Positions 30,501 through 38,852 of a stretch of DNA of 64,000 bases are shown in pieces. The translations under genes were made by a program, and so were the position numbers. Position 1 is the first letter of the stretch, and each line of letters begins with the position of its first letter. A model generated the notes under the pieces. That model was not told the DNA's origin. It did no database searches and saw only the letters and a program-made list of their open reading frames with translations. Origin of the DNA: Roseibacillus sp. (GTDB taxonomy: Bacteria; Verrucomicrobiota; Verrucomicrobiia; Verrucomicrobiales; Akkermansiaceae); contig JBPOGI010000001.1 of the NCBI GenBank assembly GCA_051251855.1, forward strand, positions 1,024,001 through 1,088,000, read 5' to 3'.

Positions 30501-31281
30501 CGACTTGTCCCGCGTTGAGAAGAAGAGAAGAGGTGCGGAAGCGTTGCTCGGAATCGCTGGCACCGAAGTAGCGGGTGCCGGTCTTGAGTCGGTTGAAGAA
30601 GCTTTTGGGGGCGTCTTTGGAGAGAAGTTTAGCGAGGGACTCGATAGTGGAGACTTCAGGGTCGACTGGAGATGCGTCGGAGAGTGCGAGGACGTCGTCG
30701 GGGCTGAGGTAGTTGTTTTGGTTGTGGGGCTTGGCTCCCATGACCATGACTTCGGGCCTTGGCTTTACTTGAACGGGTTTGCCGAGCTCGGTGAGGAGGT
30801 GGGTGTAAGTCGTTTTGGCGAGGTCTTCGGGGAGGTCGGCGAGGTATTCGCGGACGGCGGTCCACTCGCCGAGGATGACGTTGCTTTGGAAGGTCTCGGC
30901 TGCTTTTTGATAGTCTTTGCGTAGCTCTTCTTTTTTAAGCGCTTCGGGATCGGGGGGAGGCTGTTTTTCGGCGTTGGGATTGGGTGCTGGTGGCACCTTT
31001 TCTTCTTTGGGGGGCTCGGGGTGGCGGCGTTCGCTTTCTTCCTTGAGGATCCCTGAGGGAGTGCGGTCGAACTTGAGCTTGGCTAAAAACTCCTTGCGAA
31101 AGGCTTCGGGGTCTTTCTGTTTGCTGCCTTGGTTTCCTTGGCTGCTACTTGGTTTCGCCCCTTGGGCCTGAGCCTGTTGGGGGTTGTCGAGATTCATGGG
31201 GATTTCGACGCGTTGACCATTGATGGTGATCTGCGAGAGGACGGGCGTGACGAGGAGAAGGAGAGGAAGGGTGAACTTCAT
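27562..31281 (-). CDS. Large (1239 aa) exported, C-terminally membrane-anchored hypothetical protein; last gene of the MoxR-VWA operon (BatD-like position)
   Basis: Signal peptide MKFTLPLLLLVTPVLSQ; helical-repeat-like middle; beta-rich C-terminal region; TM IWPWILLLILVAIAFFAWRFF near the end. Confidence 0.75.
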   Translation of the reverse strand: MKFTLPLLLLVTPVLSQITINGQRVEIPMNLDNPQQAQAQGAKPSSSQGNQGSKQKDPEAFRKEFLAKLKFDRTPSGILKEESERRHPEPPKEEKVPPAPNPNAEKQPPPDPEALKKEELRKDYQKAAETFQSNVILGEWTAVREYLADLPEDLAKTTYTHLLTELGKPVQVKPRPEVMVMGAKPHNQNNYLSPDDVLALSDASPVDPEVSTIESLAKLLSKDAPKSFFNRLKTGTRYFGASDSEQRFRTSSLLLNAGQVEQAADFLPPVQEAQKYERVKELNVIARYHAEAHQKDLGKEHLPFAWELSLQVMSTENAPMDQRGEALYRALSLVSELEEGSGQDWLRKTFSDPAGEGFDILAAVGTLASQAGQIRNSQFRLQQAKLQKSAAEALLATDGIDLPEWKEIFTIYALNWLKEADLTQRLDRSDSMRPQMQYDNYGNRYYGSRQYSQNNNREQPNPIPAGDIIEVAPSDKWIAAVDETVQLQLIEKIPRLFLKVKEHQKAFPFIKQLSTHKPDTAEGLVRNLIDVWADNHNPNQQSRYRSSYSYFYGYNNRAETIPLTRSKQERNLVELSELVTSVRELKLEENFNEEFASAFITVHSQAEVWRVEALQTVFGDIKAVDGDTIASLIEKMRINLAALWPNPKLQEQFKTKRKDKELHQQVLAGYEMAREVTANAWGNEPKSSKLLTQLAALTYEESNYLSALQPQSTHSTTKRTALDDFADAAQLYAQSLPLETESDESSAVYETWFYAALGSPLLEALKNHHMPVSSEFAKIKAALDALPDDKTRERHYQSFASTLNTRLANVSPDLKYRYLEAAIGIVGDREEIESAQAVFDYYQDLITEIELVSTLDGSAQIGTEPFGLFINIHHTREIERESGGFQRYLQNQNTVSYSYNFGRPTEDYRDKFEKASRAALEENFEVVSLTFHTDKIESRTSPRIGWRTTPYAYFLLKAKGPQTDTVPPLKIDLDFLDTSGHVVLPISSANVSVVAAEAGPRPVRDLKLTMTLDERTAAEKEEWQLEVKTSANGLVPSLDKLVTMPPKGFEVVSIDDRELQVEELTTETDDGAPLSTHEYRVTLKPKGSSPSEFTFPALTELATDSLAEEDAILRQRYQDVDLLPVGETVQLNESTGPRIWPWILLLILVAIAFFAWRFFKKSNAPTEQIVSGPAIPSNLTEVSLLHWLEQLKTSVPTEKAADLSKEISDLQQSAFSKSGSKSALTEIAEHWHNQLTPSR

Positions 31282-31322
31282 ACGTTGAGGTAGGAGAATG
31301 TTGTGTTGGAAAAGAGACGTTT

Positions 31323-32021
31323 TTAGCTGCCAGAGCCATCGGGTGGAGGACCGCTGCCTGCTCCGCGAGCGTCTTCGGTTCCTGGCTTTTTACCGGACTT
31401 TCCTGCTTTCGGGCGACCGCCCGAGGAGCAGCCTTGTCATTGGCTGGGGATGGGAAGGCCGTAGAGTTCGGCGGGGTCGATACGTGCGAGGCGGATGGTG
31501 GCTTCGAGGTCGTCGGCGGAGGTCTTGGCGAGTTCGGGATCGGCGGCGGTTTGGGCGAGGAGCTTGTATTCTTGGCGAGCGGCTTCGATTTCGGGCTCCC
31601 ACTCGGAATCGGGGAGGCCTTCGAGCTTCATGAGGTAAGTCATGTAGTACCGCGCATTGGCGAGGGCAGCCCGGGTTTCGTCACGAAGCTGCGGGTCGGC
31701 GTTGGGGTCTTGGTCGAGGACGAGCATGAGTTCAGCGAGTTCTTCGCGGGCTTCGGGGAGCTTCTTGTTGAGCATTTTCGCTTTCGCGATTTCGAGCTCT
31801 ATGCGACGGGCAGTGGTGACCTCTTCTTTGGGAAGTTTGCCCATGGCGGCTTCCCAGCACTTAATGGCTTGAGAGTAGTCCTCGTCGGCAAGAGCGGCTT
31901 CGGCTTTGTTGATGGACCCTTGAGCCTCGTCGAGGTCGAGATGGCTTTGTCCGGGGCCGAAATGCCATGCGGCAAATGCGAGCGGGATGAGGAGCCAGAG
32001 GGTTGTCAGTGCGATTTTCAT
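31323..32021 (-). CDS. Membrane-anchored TPR-like protein with an in-frame UGA (codon 195) forming a U-x-x-C motif; candidate selenoprotein (232 aa read-through, 194 aa if UGA stops)
   Basis: ATG 32021 overlaps the upstream stop (ATGA). The frame continues ...LPIPSQ-UGA-QGCSSGGRPKAGKSGKKPGTEDARGAGSGPPPDGSGS-TAA (31323). A SECIS-like hairpin follows the UGA. Confidence 0.75.
31403..31439 (-). promoter_or_regulatory. Candidate bacterial SECIS element (UGA plus stem-loop with GGUC apical loop)
   Basis: mRNA UGA CAAGG CUGCU CC UCGGGC GGUC GCCCGA A AGCAG: 5-bp lower stem, small internal loop, 6-bp upper stem, loop G22-G23-U24-C25 counting the U of UGA as 1. Confidence 0.7.
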
Positions 32022-33019
32022 GAGTGGTTGATGGTTGTGAGTAGTCTTGGTCGCTTCCACAAAGCGGAGCCAAGATTGTTCCTTTGTGTGATTAAATAGA
32101 GAATGAGCGGCAAAGAGGCCAGCAGGAAAGACGCACATGCAAGGATGATGAGGGCATACTCGCGAAGGGTTAGTTCGACCTTTTCGGCGGTGACTTGAAG
32201 GGTGCCAAGGCTGCGCAGGACGTTGGTGGGGACGTGCTTGAGGTTGCCGTCATGATACTCGCCACCGAGGCGGTTGGCGATTTCGCGCAGGGTGGAGACG
32301 TCTTGGCGTGATTGGCGGCCGTCGATGAAAGAGCCCTTCATGGGGTCGCCGACGCCGACGACGAGGGCGCCTCCGACGGAGGGTGGCATACGTGGCATTC
32401 CAGTGGGAGGGACGGTGTCGCCGTCGGAGATGAGAACGAGGGTGGTGGAGTTGGGGAGCCAGTCCTGTGCGATTTTGGCGGCTTCCTCGAGGCCGTCGAA
32501 GAGGCGGGTTTTTCCGGTTTCAAATGCGTAGTGCATGGGGAGGTCGCCGAGGATATTGAGAAGGACTTCGCGGTCGCGGGACTCTTTGACGACGGGTTTG
32601 GCTGAACTGTAAGTCGCGACTACGGTGAAGTGCATTTTCTCGTCTGAGACGCGTTGCAGGAGAGACTTCACCAAGGCAGAGGCGCGACGGGTGCGGGAGT
32701 CGGTTCCGACTTCGCCGGCGTCTTGCAGGCGCATGGAAGGGGAGACGTCGAGGACGAGAAGAAGGTGCTCGCGGTCGGCGGGTTCGATGGTTTCGAGCTT
32801 GGAGCGATGAGCCTTGGGTGAAAGGAGGAAGAGGGTGGAGAGAGCCCAGGCGATGATGGTGAGGCAGAGAGTCCTAACAAGAGGAACAATCCACAGGAGG
32901 AAGGAAGGGGTTTCTTGGAGCAGTGACTTTACCGCCGAAACGCGCTTCCAGTGCATGACTTCGGCCGCGGCGACAAGAATCGCAACGGCGAGTGAGATGA
33001 GAATGGAGGTGGTCATCAT
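32018..33019 (-). CDS. VWA domain membrane protein (BatB-like)
   Basis: MIDAS motif LDVSPSM and later ISDGD; N- and C-terminal TM segments; TAATG overlap with the upstream VWA gene. Confidence 0.85.
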   Translation of the reverse strand: MMTTSILISLAVAILVAAAEVMHWKRVSAVKSLLQETPSFLLWIVPLVRTLCLTIIAWALSTLFLLSPKAHRSKLETIEPADREHLLLVLDVSPSMRLQDAGEVGTDSRTRRASALVKSLLQRVSDEKMHFTVVATYSSAKPVVKESRDREVLLNILGDLPMHYAFETGKTRLFDGLEEAAKIAQDWLPNSTTLVLISDGDTVPPTGMPRMPPSVGGALVVGVGDPMKGSFIDGRQSRQDVSTLREIANRLGGEYHDGNLKHVPTNVLRSLGTLQVTAEKVELTLREYALIILACASFLLASLPLILYLITQRNNLGSALWKRPRLLTTINHS

Positions 33020-33933
33020 TACCAAGGGTTGTAGCGCAAGCCGAAGAGGGTGAGAAGGTGGAGACCGATGACGGAAAAGGCGGCGAGGACAAAGGGTCTA
33101 AAGTTGTCGACGGGGTCGGGGGTGAGGCGCTTGATGGGCGCTTGTTTCATGGCGTCGATTTGTTTGAAAACAGCCTCGAGTGCTGCGGGGTCACCGGCGG
33201 AAAAGTATTGTCCTCCTGTGATTGAGGAGATGACAGACACCTCTGGAGGGGGTGCGCCTTGGGCGACATGCACTCCGTAGAGAACGATGCCGTTTTCTTT
33301 GAGCGAGTTGGCGATTTCGACATCTTTGCCGTTGTAGAGGTCGAAGGATTGTCCGTCGGTGATGAGGAGAATCATCCGGTCGCCGTCCTCGCGTGAGATG
33401 AGAACTTTTTCGCAGGCTCTCACGGCCTTACCGATTTCGGTGCCACCAAACCAGCGTGGGAGGCTTTGGGGGCGAAGAAAAGGGGGGGCGCAGCGGAAGG
33501 CGGAGACGTCGGAGGTGAGCGGAATCCAGTGTAAATAGTTGTTGCCGAAGATGGTGAGGCCAAAGGCGTCTCCCTTGCGATAGTCAATGAAGCTATTGAC
33601 CGCTTCCATGGCAGCGTCATAGCGGTCCCCGTCGCCAAAGTTGGCGGTCATGGAGCCAGAGACATCGATGCAGAATTGAATGTTGGTCATTTCCTGCGCG
33701 GTGCGTGGTTGTTCGAATTTGCGAGGGCCCGCTAAGATGACGATGGCGAGAGCGAGGATGAGAGCGGGGAGTGAACCTGCGAGGTCGAGTACCCAGGTGA
33801 GGAGGCGTCGGCGTTGATGGGGGTGATTGTCGCTGGGAACGGGAACGGGCTGGGCCTTGAAGCGATGTTGGAAGACAAGCAGTCCGATGGGGACAACAAG
33901 GAGCAACAACACGAATGGATGGGCGAAGAGCAA
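33019..33933 (-). CDS. VWA domain membrane protein (BatA-like)
   Basis: F.HP..LLLL start, LAGP, IDVSGSM MIDAS, GDAFGL.IFG, PLT.D, GGTEIG, LITDG, TGG.YF.A. Confidence 0.88.
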   Translation of the reverse strand: MLFAHPFVLLLLVVPIGLLVFQHRFKAQPVPVPSDNHPHQRRRLLTWVLDLAGSLPALILALAIVILAGPRKFEQPRTAQEMTNIQFCIDVSGSMTANFGDGDRYDAAMEAVNSFIDYRKGDAFGLTIFGNNYLHWIPLTSDVSAFRCAPPFLRPQSLPRWFGGTEIGKAVRACEKVLISREDGDRMILLITDGQSFDLYNGKDVEIANSLKENGIVLYGVHVAQGAPPPEVSVISSITGGQYFSAGDPAALEAVFKQIDAMKQAPIKRLTPDPVDNFRPFVLAAFSVIGLHLLTLFGLRYNPW

Positions 33934-33939
33934 GGTTGG

Positions 33940-34782
33940 CTAGGTGCGGTAAGGTTCGAGGAGGGTGTCGATTTCGGAGGAGGAGACCTCGCTGGCAGGG
34001 GCGTGGAGCCAATGCTCGAGCTTGCGGAGGAGGGGGGAGGCTTCGGGGTGGTCGCGCAGAAGGGCGAGAGATTTGGCGGGGGGAAGGTCGGTGACTTCGG
34101 GAACACGCTTACGCCAGTGGGCGAGGATGAGGCGCTCGAGTTGCGCTTGTTCTTCGGTGGCGAGTTGGCCTTGGGATGCTTTTTTGAGAATGGGTTCGAG
34201 ACGATCGGCGAGGGTGGGAGGAGGCACTTCGGTTTGGTGGCTTTCCTTTCTTTTGCGGCTGGAAAAGAAGAGCCAAGTGAGCCCCGCTATCCAAACAAGG
34301 CCAAGGATGAAAAGAAGAGCGCGATAGCCTCCAATGCGAGGAGCGGGTTTGGGTTGGAGGGCGGCAGGTTGCGGTAAGCCCGGAGGGAGGCCGGTGGTGA
34401 TGATGAGTGGGATAAAGTGGGATGAGGTTCCGGATTCGGTGGCGGTGGGACGAAGGTAGTCGCCGAGATTGTAGGAACCGGGGTCGAGGCCTTGCACCTC
34501 GAAGGTGTAGCGGAAGCCGTCTTGGGCAGGTTTGGTTTCGACGAGGCGAACGATGAGCGGGACTTCGCGGTCTTTGCGGGGGACGGGTTCCGTGAGTGGG
34601 CCGGTGAGATAGAGGTCTTCGAGGAGGAGGGGGAGGCCGACGCGTTGGGTGGGTGTTTCGGCGTGGAGAGGTAGGGTGCAGAAGAGCGCGAAAAGGAGAA
34701 GGAAGATGATTTTCCCGAAATCCGCCTGAAGTGGGACGGTTCGTTGATGCGGCTTGCAAAGCCACGCTCCTGTTTCTTTCAT
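33940..34782 (-). CDS. Hypothetical membrane-anchored protein of the MoxR-VWA operon
   Basis: ATGA coupling to the DUF58 gene; hydrophobic signal-like segment, beta-rich domain, TM ALLFILGLVWIAGLTWLFF, helical tail. Confidence 0.7.
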   Translation of the reverse strand: MKETGAWLCKPHQRTVPLQADFGKIIFLLLFALFCTLPLHAETPTQRVGLPLLLEDLYLTGPLTEPVPRKDREVPLIVRLVETKPAQDGFRYTFEVQGLDPGSYNLGDYLRPTATESGTSSHFIPLIITTGLPPGLPQPAALQPKPAPRIGGYRALLFILGLVWIAGLTWLFFSSRKRKESHQTEVPPPTLADRLEPILKKASQGQLATEEQAQLERLILAHWRKRVPEVTDLPPAKSLALLRDHPEASPLLRKLEHWLHAPASEVSSSEIDTLLEPYRT

Positions 34783-35627
34783 CGGGAGAGGAGGTTGCGG
34801 GATTGTAGGAAGAGTCGGAGGGAGGCGAGAAAGGGTTGGTCGGTTTTGAGGAGGAAGTGGTCTACGGAGGCGCCTTGAAGCTCGCTCACGATGTCATCGG
34901 TGGTGGTGAATTGCTGGCGTGCAGGGGCGGTGATGGTGCGGTTGCTTTCGGCATCTTTGGCTCGGAGGAATCCGGCGCCAGCGAGTCCGTCTTCGGCAGG
35001 GTCGCGCAGCAGGATGGTGACCACGTCGTGACGACCGTTGACGAGCTTGAGAGCGGGAATGGCGGAAGGGTCGTGCAGGTCGGTGAGAACGAAGATGAGG
35101 GCGCGTTGTTTGAGAGAGGGATTGAGAGCGAGGAGTTTTTCGCCGAGCTGGGTTTTTTCCACGAAATCGAAGTGCCGGAGCTGGTGCAGCCAGAGCATGA
35201 GGGTTTCGCGGGAGAGGGAGGGGGAGACTTTGAGGTCGCGAGAGCCGGCTGCTAACAAGCCGACGGGAGAAACTCGGTCGAGGCAGGCAAGGGCGAGTCC
35301 GCCGGTGATTTGAACCGCGAGTTGATATTTTGAGAGCTTGGTGGAGCTCAAGGTCATGGAGGCGGAACTATCGACCACGAACCAGACGGGGAGCTGCTTG
35401 GGAGTTTCGTATTCTTTGATGTGGGGAACGCCGGTGCGTGCGGTGACTCGCCAATCGATGGTTTTGACGGGGTCACCGGGGACGTAGGGGCGCGATTGGA
35501 CATACTCTAAACCTGAACCAAGGAAGGGACTGCGGTCGGTGCCGTAGCTGAGGGAGTCAGCCAAGCGCTTGATCGCGATCACGAATTGTCGCGAGTCAAG
35601 AGGATCGGTTTGTTGGAGTTCGGGCAT
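34779..35627 (-). CDS. DUF58 domain protein
   Basis: S.F.GSGLEY...RPY.PGDPV..IDWRVTAR...KEYE and VVDSSASM motifs; follows the MoxR gene. Confidence 0.92.
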   Translation of the reverse strand: MPELQQTDPLDSRQFVIAIKRLADSLSYGTDRSPFLGSGLEYVQSRPYVPGDPVKTIDWRVTARTGVPHIKEYETPKQLPVWFVVDSSASMTLSSTKLSKYQLAVQITGGLALACLDRVSPVGLLAAGSRDLKVSPSLSRETLMLWLHQLRHFDFVEKTQLGEKLLALNPSLKQRALIFVLTDLHDPSAIPALKLVNGRHDVVTILLRDPAEDGLAGAGFLRAKDAESNRTITAPARQQFTTTDDIVSELQGASVDHFLLKTDQPFLASLRLFLQSRNLLSR

Positions 35628-35629
35628 GG

Positions 35630-36634
35630 CTAGCTGACCGAGGCTTCGAGGATCTCATTGAGGACGCCCTTGGGAGTCTTGCCTTCGGCGAGAGCTTCGT
35701 AGGAAAGGCGGATGCGGTGGAGGCAAACGTCTTCGGCGAGGGCAAAGAGGTCTTCGGGGATGACGTAGTCGCGACCGTGGATGAGGGCGCGAGCGCGGGA
35801 GGCCTTGAGGAGAGAGATTCCTGCACGAGGAGAACAGCCGAGTTCGAGGTCGGGGTGTTGGCGAGTGCGCTCGACGACGTCGATGACGTGTTTGAGAAAG
35901 ACGTCCGAGACGTGAATGTCGTGCACGGCTTGGGTAGCGTTGACGAGGTCTTCGGTAGTTCCGACTGCGTCGCCGCCGATGAGATCGAATTCCGTTTTGG
36001 CGACTGCTCCGCCGTCTTTCTTGCTGATGCCTAGCCTCATGTTGCGACGGAGAATTTCTTCCTCTTCCTCAGGGGTGGGGTAAGTGAGGCGGTGACAAAG
36101 CATGAAACGGTCGAGCTGGGCTTCGGGAAGCTCGAAGGTGCCGGATTGCTCGATGGGGTTCTGGGTCGCAATCACGAGGAAGGGGGTGGGAAGGGAGTAG
36201 GTCTCAGCTCCGAGGGTGACCTTACGCTCTTGCATGGCCTCTAGAAGAGCACCTTGAACCTTGGGCGCGGCGCGGTTGATCTCGTCGGCGAGAAGGAGGT
36301 TTGTGAAAATGGGGCCTTTGTGGGTGCGGAAGCTGCCCGACTTTTCATCGAGAATCTCGGTTCCAACGATATCGGAGGGCAAAAGGTCGATGGTGAACTG
36401 GATGCGGCGGAAATCGAGATGAAGCGCTTTGGAGACAGTGTTAACCAGAAGAGTCTTCGCCAGCCCGGGCATTCCTTCGAGGAGAAGGTGACCCGAGGTG
36501 AGAAGGGCGATGAGAGTGCGTTCGACGACCACGTCCTGTCCGACGACAATTTCGCCAGTTCGTTCTCGGATGGATTGGAGCCACGCGGACGTGGCCTCGG
36601 ATGAAGGGTGAGGTGCGCTCATAGAAAGGGTCAT
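35630..36634 (-). CDS. MoxR family AAA+ ATPase
   Basis: HLLLEGMPGLAKT, RIQFT.DLLPSDI.G, LLADEINRA.PKVQ.ALLEAMQE, ATQNPIEQ.GT.LPEAQLDRF, GCSPRA. Confidence 0.95.
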   Translation of the reverse strand: MTLSMSAPHPSSEATSAWLQSIRERTGEIVVGQDVVVERTLIALLTSGHLLLEGMPGLAKTLLVNTVSKALHLDFRRIQFTIDLLPSDIVGTEILDEKSGSFRTHKGPIFTNLLLADEINRAAPKVQGALLEAMQERKVTLGAETYSLPTPFLVIATQNPIEQSGTFELPEAQLDRFMLCHRLTYPTPEEEEEILRRNMRLGISKKDGGAVAKTEFDLIGGDAVGTTEDLVNATQAVHDIHVSDVFLKHVIDVVERTRQHPDLELGCSPRAGISLLKASRARALIHGRDYVIPEDLFALAEDVCLHRIRLSYEALAEGKTPKGVLNEILEASVS

Positions 36635-37233
36635 TGTTCGGGAACTGGTCTACTCTGATGAAAACGAGAGAGGAGGGGAAGTTTGTTTCTTGAAGGGAAC
36701 AGTTCATTTGGTTGATGGTCCCCTGAAGTAGTTTCCACAAAAAGAAAGTTCGCCTCTCAAATTTAGATTCAAGCGAAGTGCAATTTGATGCGATCAGCGC
36801 CGGTAGTATACTCTTGGAATTCTGAAAGTTGTGACTTTTTTTTAGAATACAATTTCTAGCAAGTTGTTAATCAGGAGTTGTTGTCGCGAGGGCGGAATTT
36901 TGATTTTACTCATTTAATTAAAGCGTTTTAATTAAGCGATTTAAGTTTGAATTGCACGTGAAAGAAGCAATCAGGAAACCGGGAGTTTTTCATGATTTCG
37001 CAACAAGATTCTTAGGTCGAGTTAAGCTTCTCGAGCGTCAAGTATGTTAGAAATAAAGCCGTGGAACCCATGTTTTTAAAAGGGCCAAAAAGTTCCCCGC
37101 AAGAAGTGGTTCTAACTCTTGGCCATGTTAGAAAATCCTCCCTAAAACTTCGCTCTCTTCCGGAGAAACCGAGGCCGTGGTCAGTCGCAGTGGCGCCGAC
37201 GTTGATACTGGGAGAGACATTCAATAACGCCCC
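36635..37233. promoter_or_regulatory. AT-rich divergent promoter region between the MoxR operon and dnaA; possible oriC
   Basis: 600-bp non-coding, AT-rich; near-palindrome TTAATTAAAGCGTTTTAATTAA (36914-36935); repeated TGTTAGAAA; only one near-canonical DnaA box (gtttccaca, about 36731-36739). Confidence 0.45.
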
Positions 37234-38718
37234 ATGTCCCAACCCTCAACCTCTCAATCCGATGCTTCTTTTCCAGAAAACTTCCCCGGCGCAGCAGCTC
37301 AACCAGAACTCGAAGAAGAGTTCGTAGCCCGTCAGATCGCCGATCCTTGGGCCAAGATCGCTCCAGTATTGAAGTCCCTTGTTCACGAAAACGTTTTCAA
37401 CCGGTGGTTTGCGAATGCTGAGTTGCTGAGAGAAGATGACGGCACTTGGGTGTTAACAGTGCCAACCGATACCCATTGTCTTTGGATTGAGACTAACTTT
37501 ATGCCGGAGCTCTGCACTGCGCTGGGAACAGCGCTCGATCTCGCAGAGGCAGGACAGGTCCGGATTCGAGAGAAAAGCCTTTCAGACCAGCAAACCTCCG
37601 AACCCCATTCCGAGCCGACAGTAGTTGAGCGGGAGCTTTTCGAAGACTTGGCCTCGTCCAGCGCCGACGAAGAAGATTTCCTCAAGCGAATGAAGCGAGC
37701 TCGCCTAAATCCAGCAAACACCTTCGAGCGTTTTGTGGTCGGTGGAAGCAATGAGTTCGCCCATGCGGCATGCCTTGCGGTTGGTCAAGGCCGAGGACAG
37801 GCCTTTAACCCCCTCTTCATCCACGGTGGCTCGGGAATGGGTAAAACGCATCTTGCACAAGCCTTGGGACAGGAGTTCCTTAAGAACCAACCGAAGAAAC
37901 GAGTGGTCTATTTGACCTGTGAGCAGTTCTGCAATGAGTTCATTGATGCCGTTCAAAAGGGAAGTTTGACCCAATTCCGCAACAAATACCGTAAGGCGGA
38001 GGTTCTGATTGTGGATGACATCCAGTTTCTCAAGGGAAAGGAAAAGACGGGAGATGAGTTTTTCCACACTTTCAATGCCCTGCTTGAGCTTCAAGCACAG
38101 ATTATTTTGACCTCGGATCGCCCCGCTTCTGAGATTCAGAGCTTGGAGAATCGACTTATGACGCGGTTCGAGAGCGGTCTTACCGTCGCGCTTGAACCTC
38201 CTTCACTGGAAATGCGGGTCGCGATTCTCCAGAAAAAGATGGAGGAATGGCAGGTTCAGATTTCTCCTGAAATCCTTCACTTTATCGCTGAAAGGGTGCG
38301 CACAAGCGTGCGACGTCTGGAAGGCGCCTTGGTGCGCGTTGCGACTTTTTCGTCGCTGGGATCTGGAGGGCTCACCTTGGCGCGCGTGGAGTCTTTGCTG
38401 AAAGACATTTTTCATGAGGAAGCGAGCCACAAAGTCACCATCGACTCGATTCAGCGCACCGTTGCGGATTACTACGACTTGCGGATCGCAGACATGACAG
38501 GTCGTCGTCGTCCTAAGAAAATCGCCCATGCCCGCCAGGTAGCGATGTATTTGAGCCGTAAGTTGACCAAGAATTCGCTCATGGAGATTGGCGAGGCCTT
38601 CGGAGGTCGGGACCATGGAACCATCATTCATGCAGTGAAAAAGGTGACCACTCTGGTTGAAAGCGAGACCGACACCAAAGAAGAGGTCGATCATCTGGCC
38701 TCACGCTTGAATCGGTAA
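37234..38718 (+). CDS. dnaA: Chromosomal replication initiator protein
   Basis: LNP..TFERFVVG.SN, FNPLFIHGGSGMGKTHL, DDIQFL, EFFHTFN, RL.TRFESGL, RRLEGAL, RQVAMYL, IG..FGGRDHGT. Confidence 0.97.
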   Translation: MSQPSTSQSDASFPENFPGAAAQPELEEEFVARQIADPWAKIAPVLKSLVHENVFNRWFANAELLREDDGTWVLTVPTDTHCLWIETNFMPELCTALGTALDLAEAGQVRIREKSLSDQQTSEPHSEPTVVERELFEDLASSSADEEDFLKRMKRARLNPANTFERFVVGGSNEFAHAACLAVGQGRGQAFNPLFIHGGSGMGKTHLAQALGQEFLKNQPKKRVVYLTCEQFCNEFIDAVQKGSLTQFRNKYRKAEVLIVDDIQFLKGKEKTGDEFFHTFNALLELQAQIILTSDRPASEIQSLENRLMTRFESGLTVALEPPSLEMRVAILQKKMEEWQVQISPEILHFIAERVRTSVRRLEGALVRVATFSSLGSGGLTLARVESLLKDIFHEEASHKVTIDSIQRTVADYYDLRIADMTGRRRPKKIAHARQVAMYLSRKLTKNSLMEIGEAFGGRDHGTIIHAVKKVTTLVESETDTKEEVDHLASRLNR

Positions 38719-38852
38719 CTTCGGCTGAAAGGGCAGATCTGCTGAAAAAGTGAAGAACGACGAGTTTGGAGCGCATCGGGTCATAATTCGATAGGGGCTT
38801 GCAAAAGGTCGGGACTTCTTAGAAACCTAAGGGAGCCTTCGGGCACACCCTT

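Noticed and set aside
37012..37327. Short ORFs upstream of dnaA as rpmH or a leader peptide
   Set aside because: No similarity to L34 or any family I recognise, and one overlaps the dnaA start out of frame.
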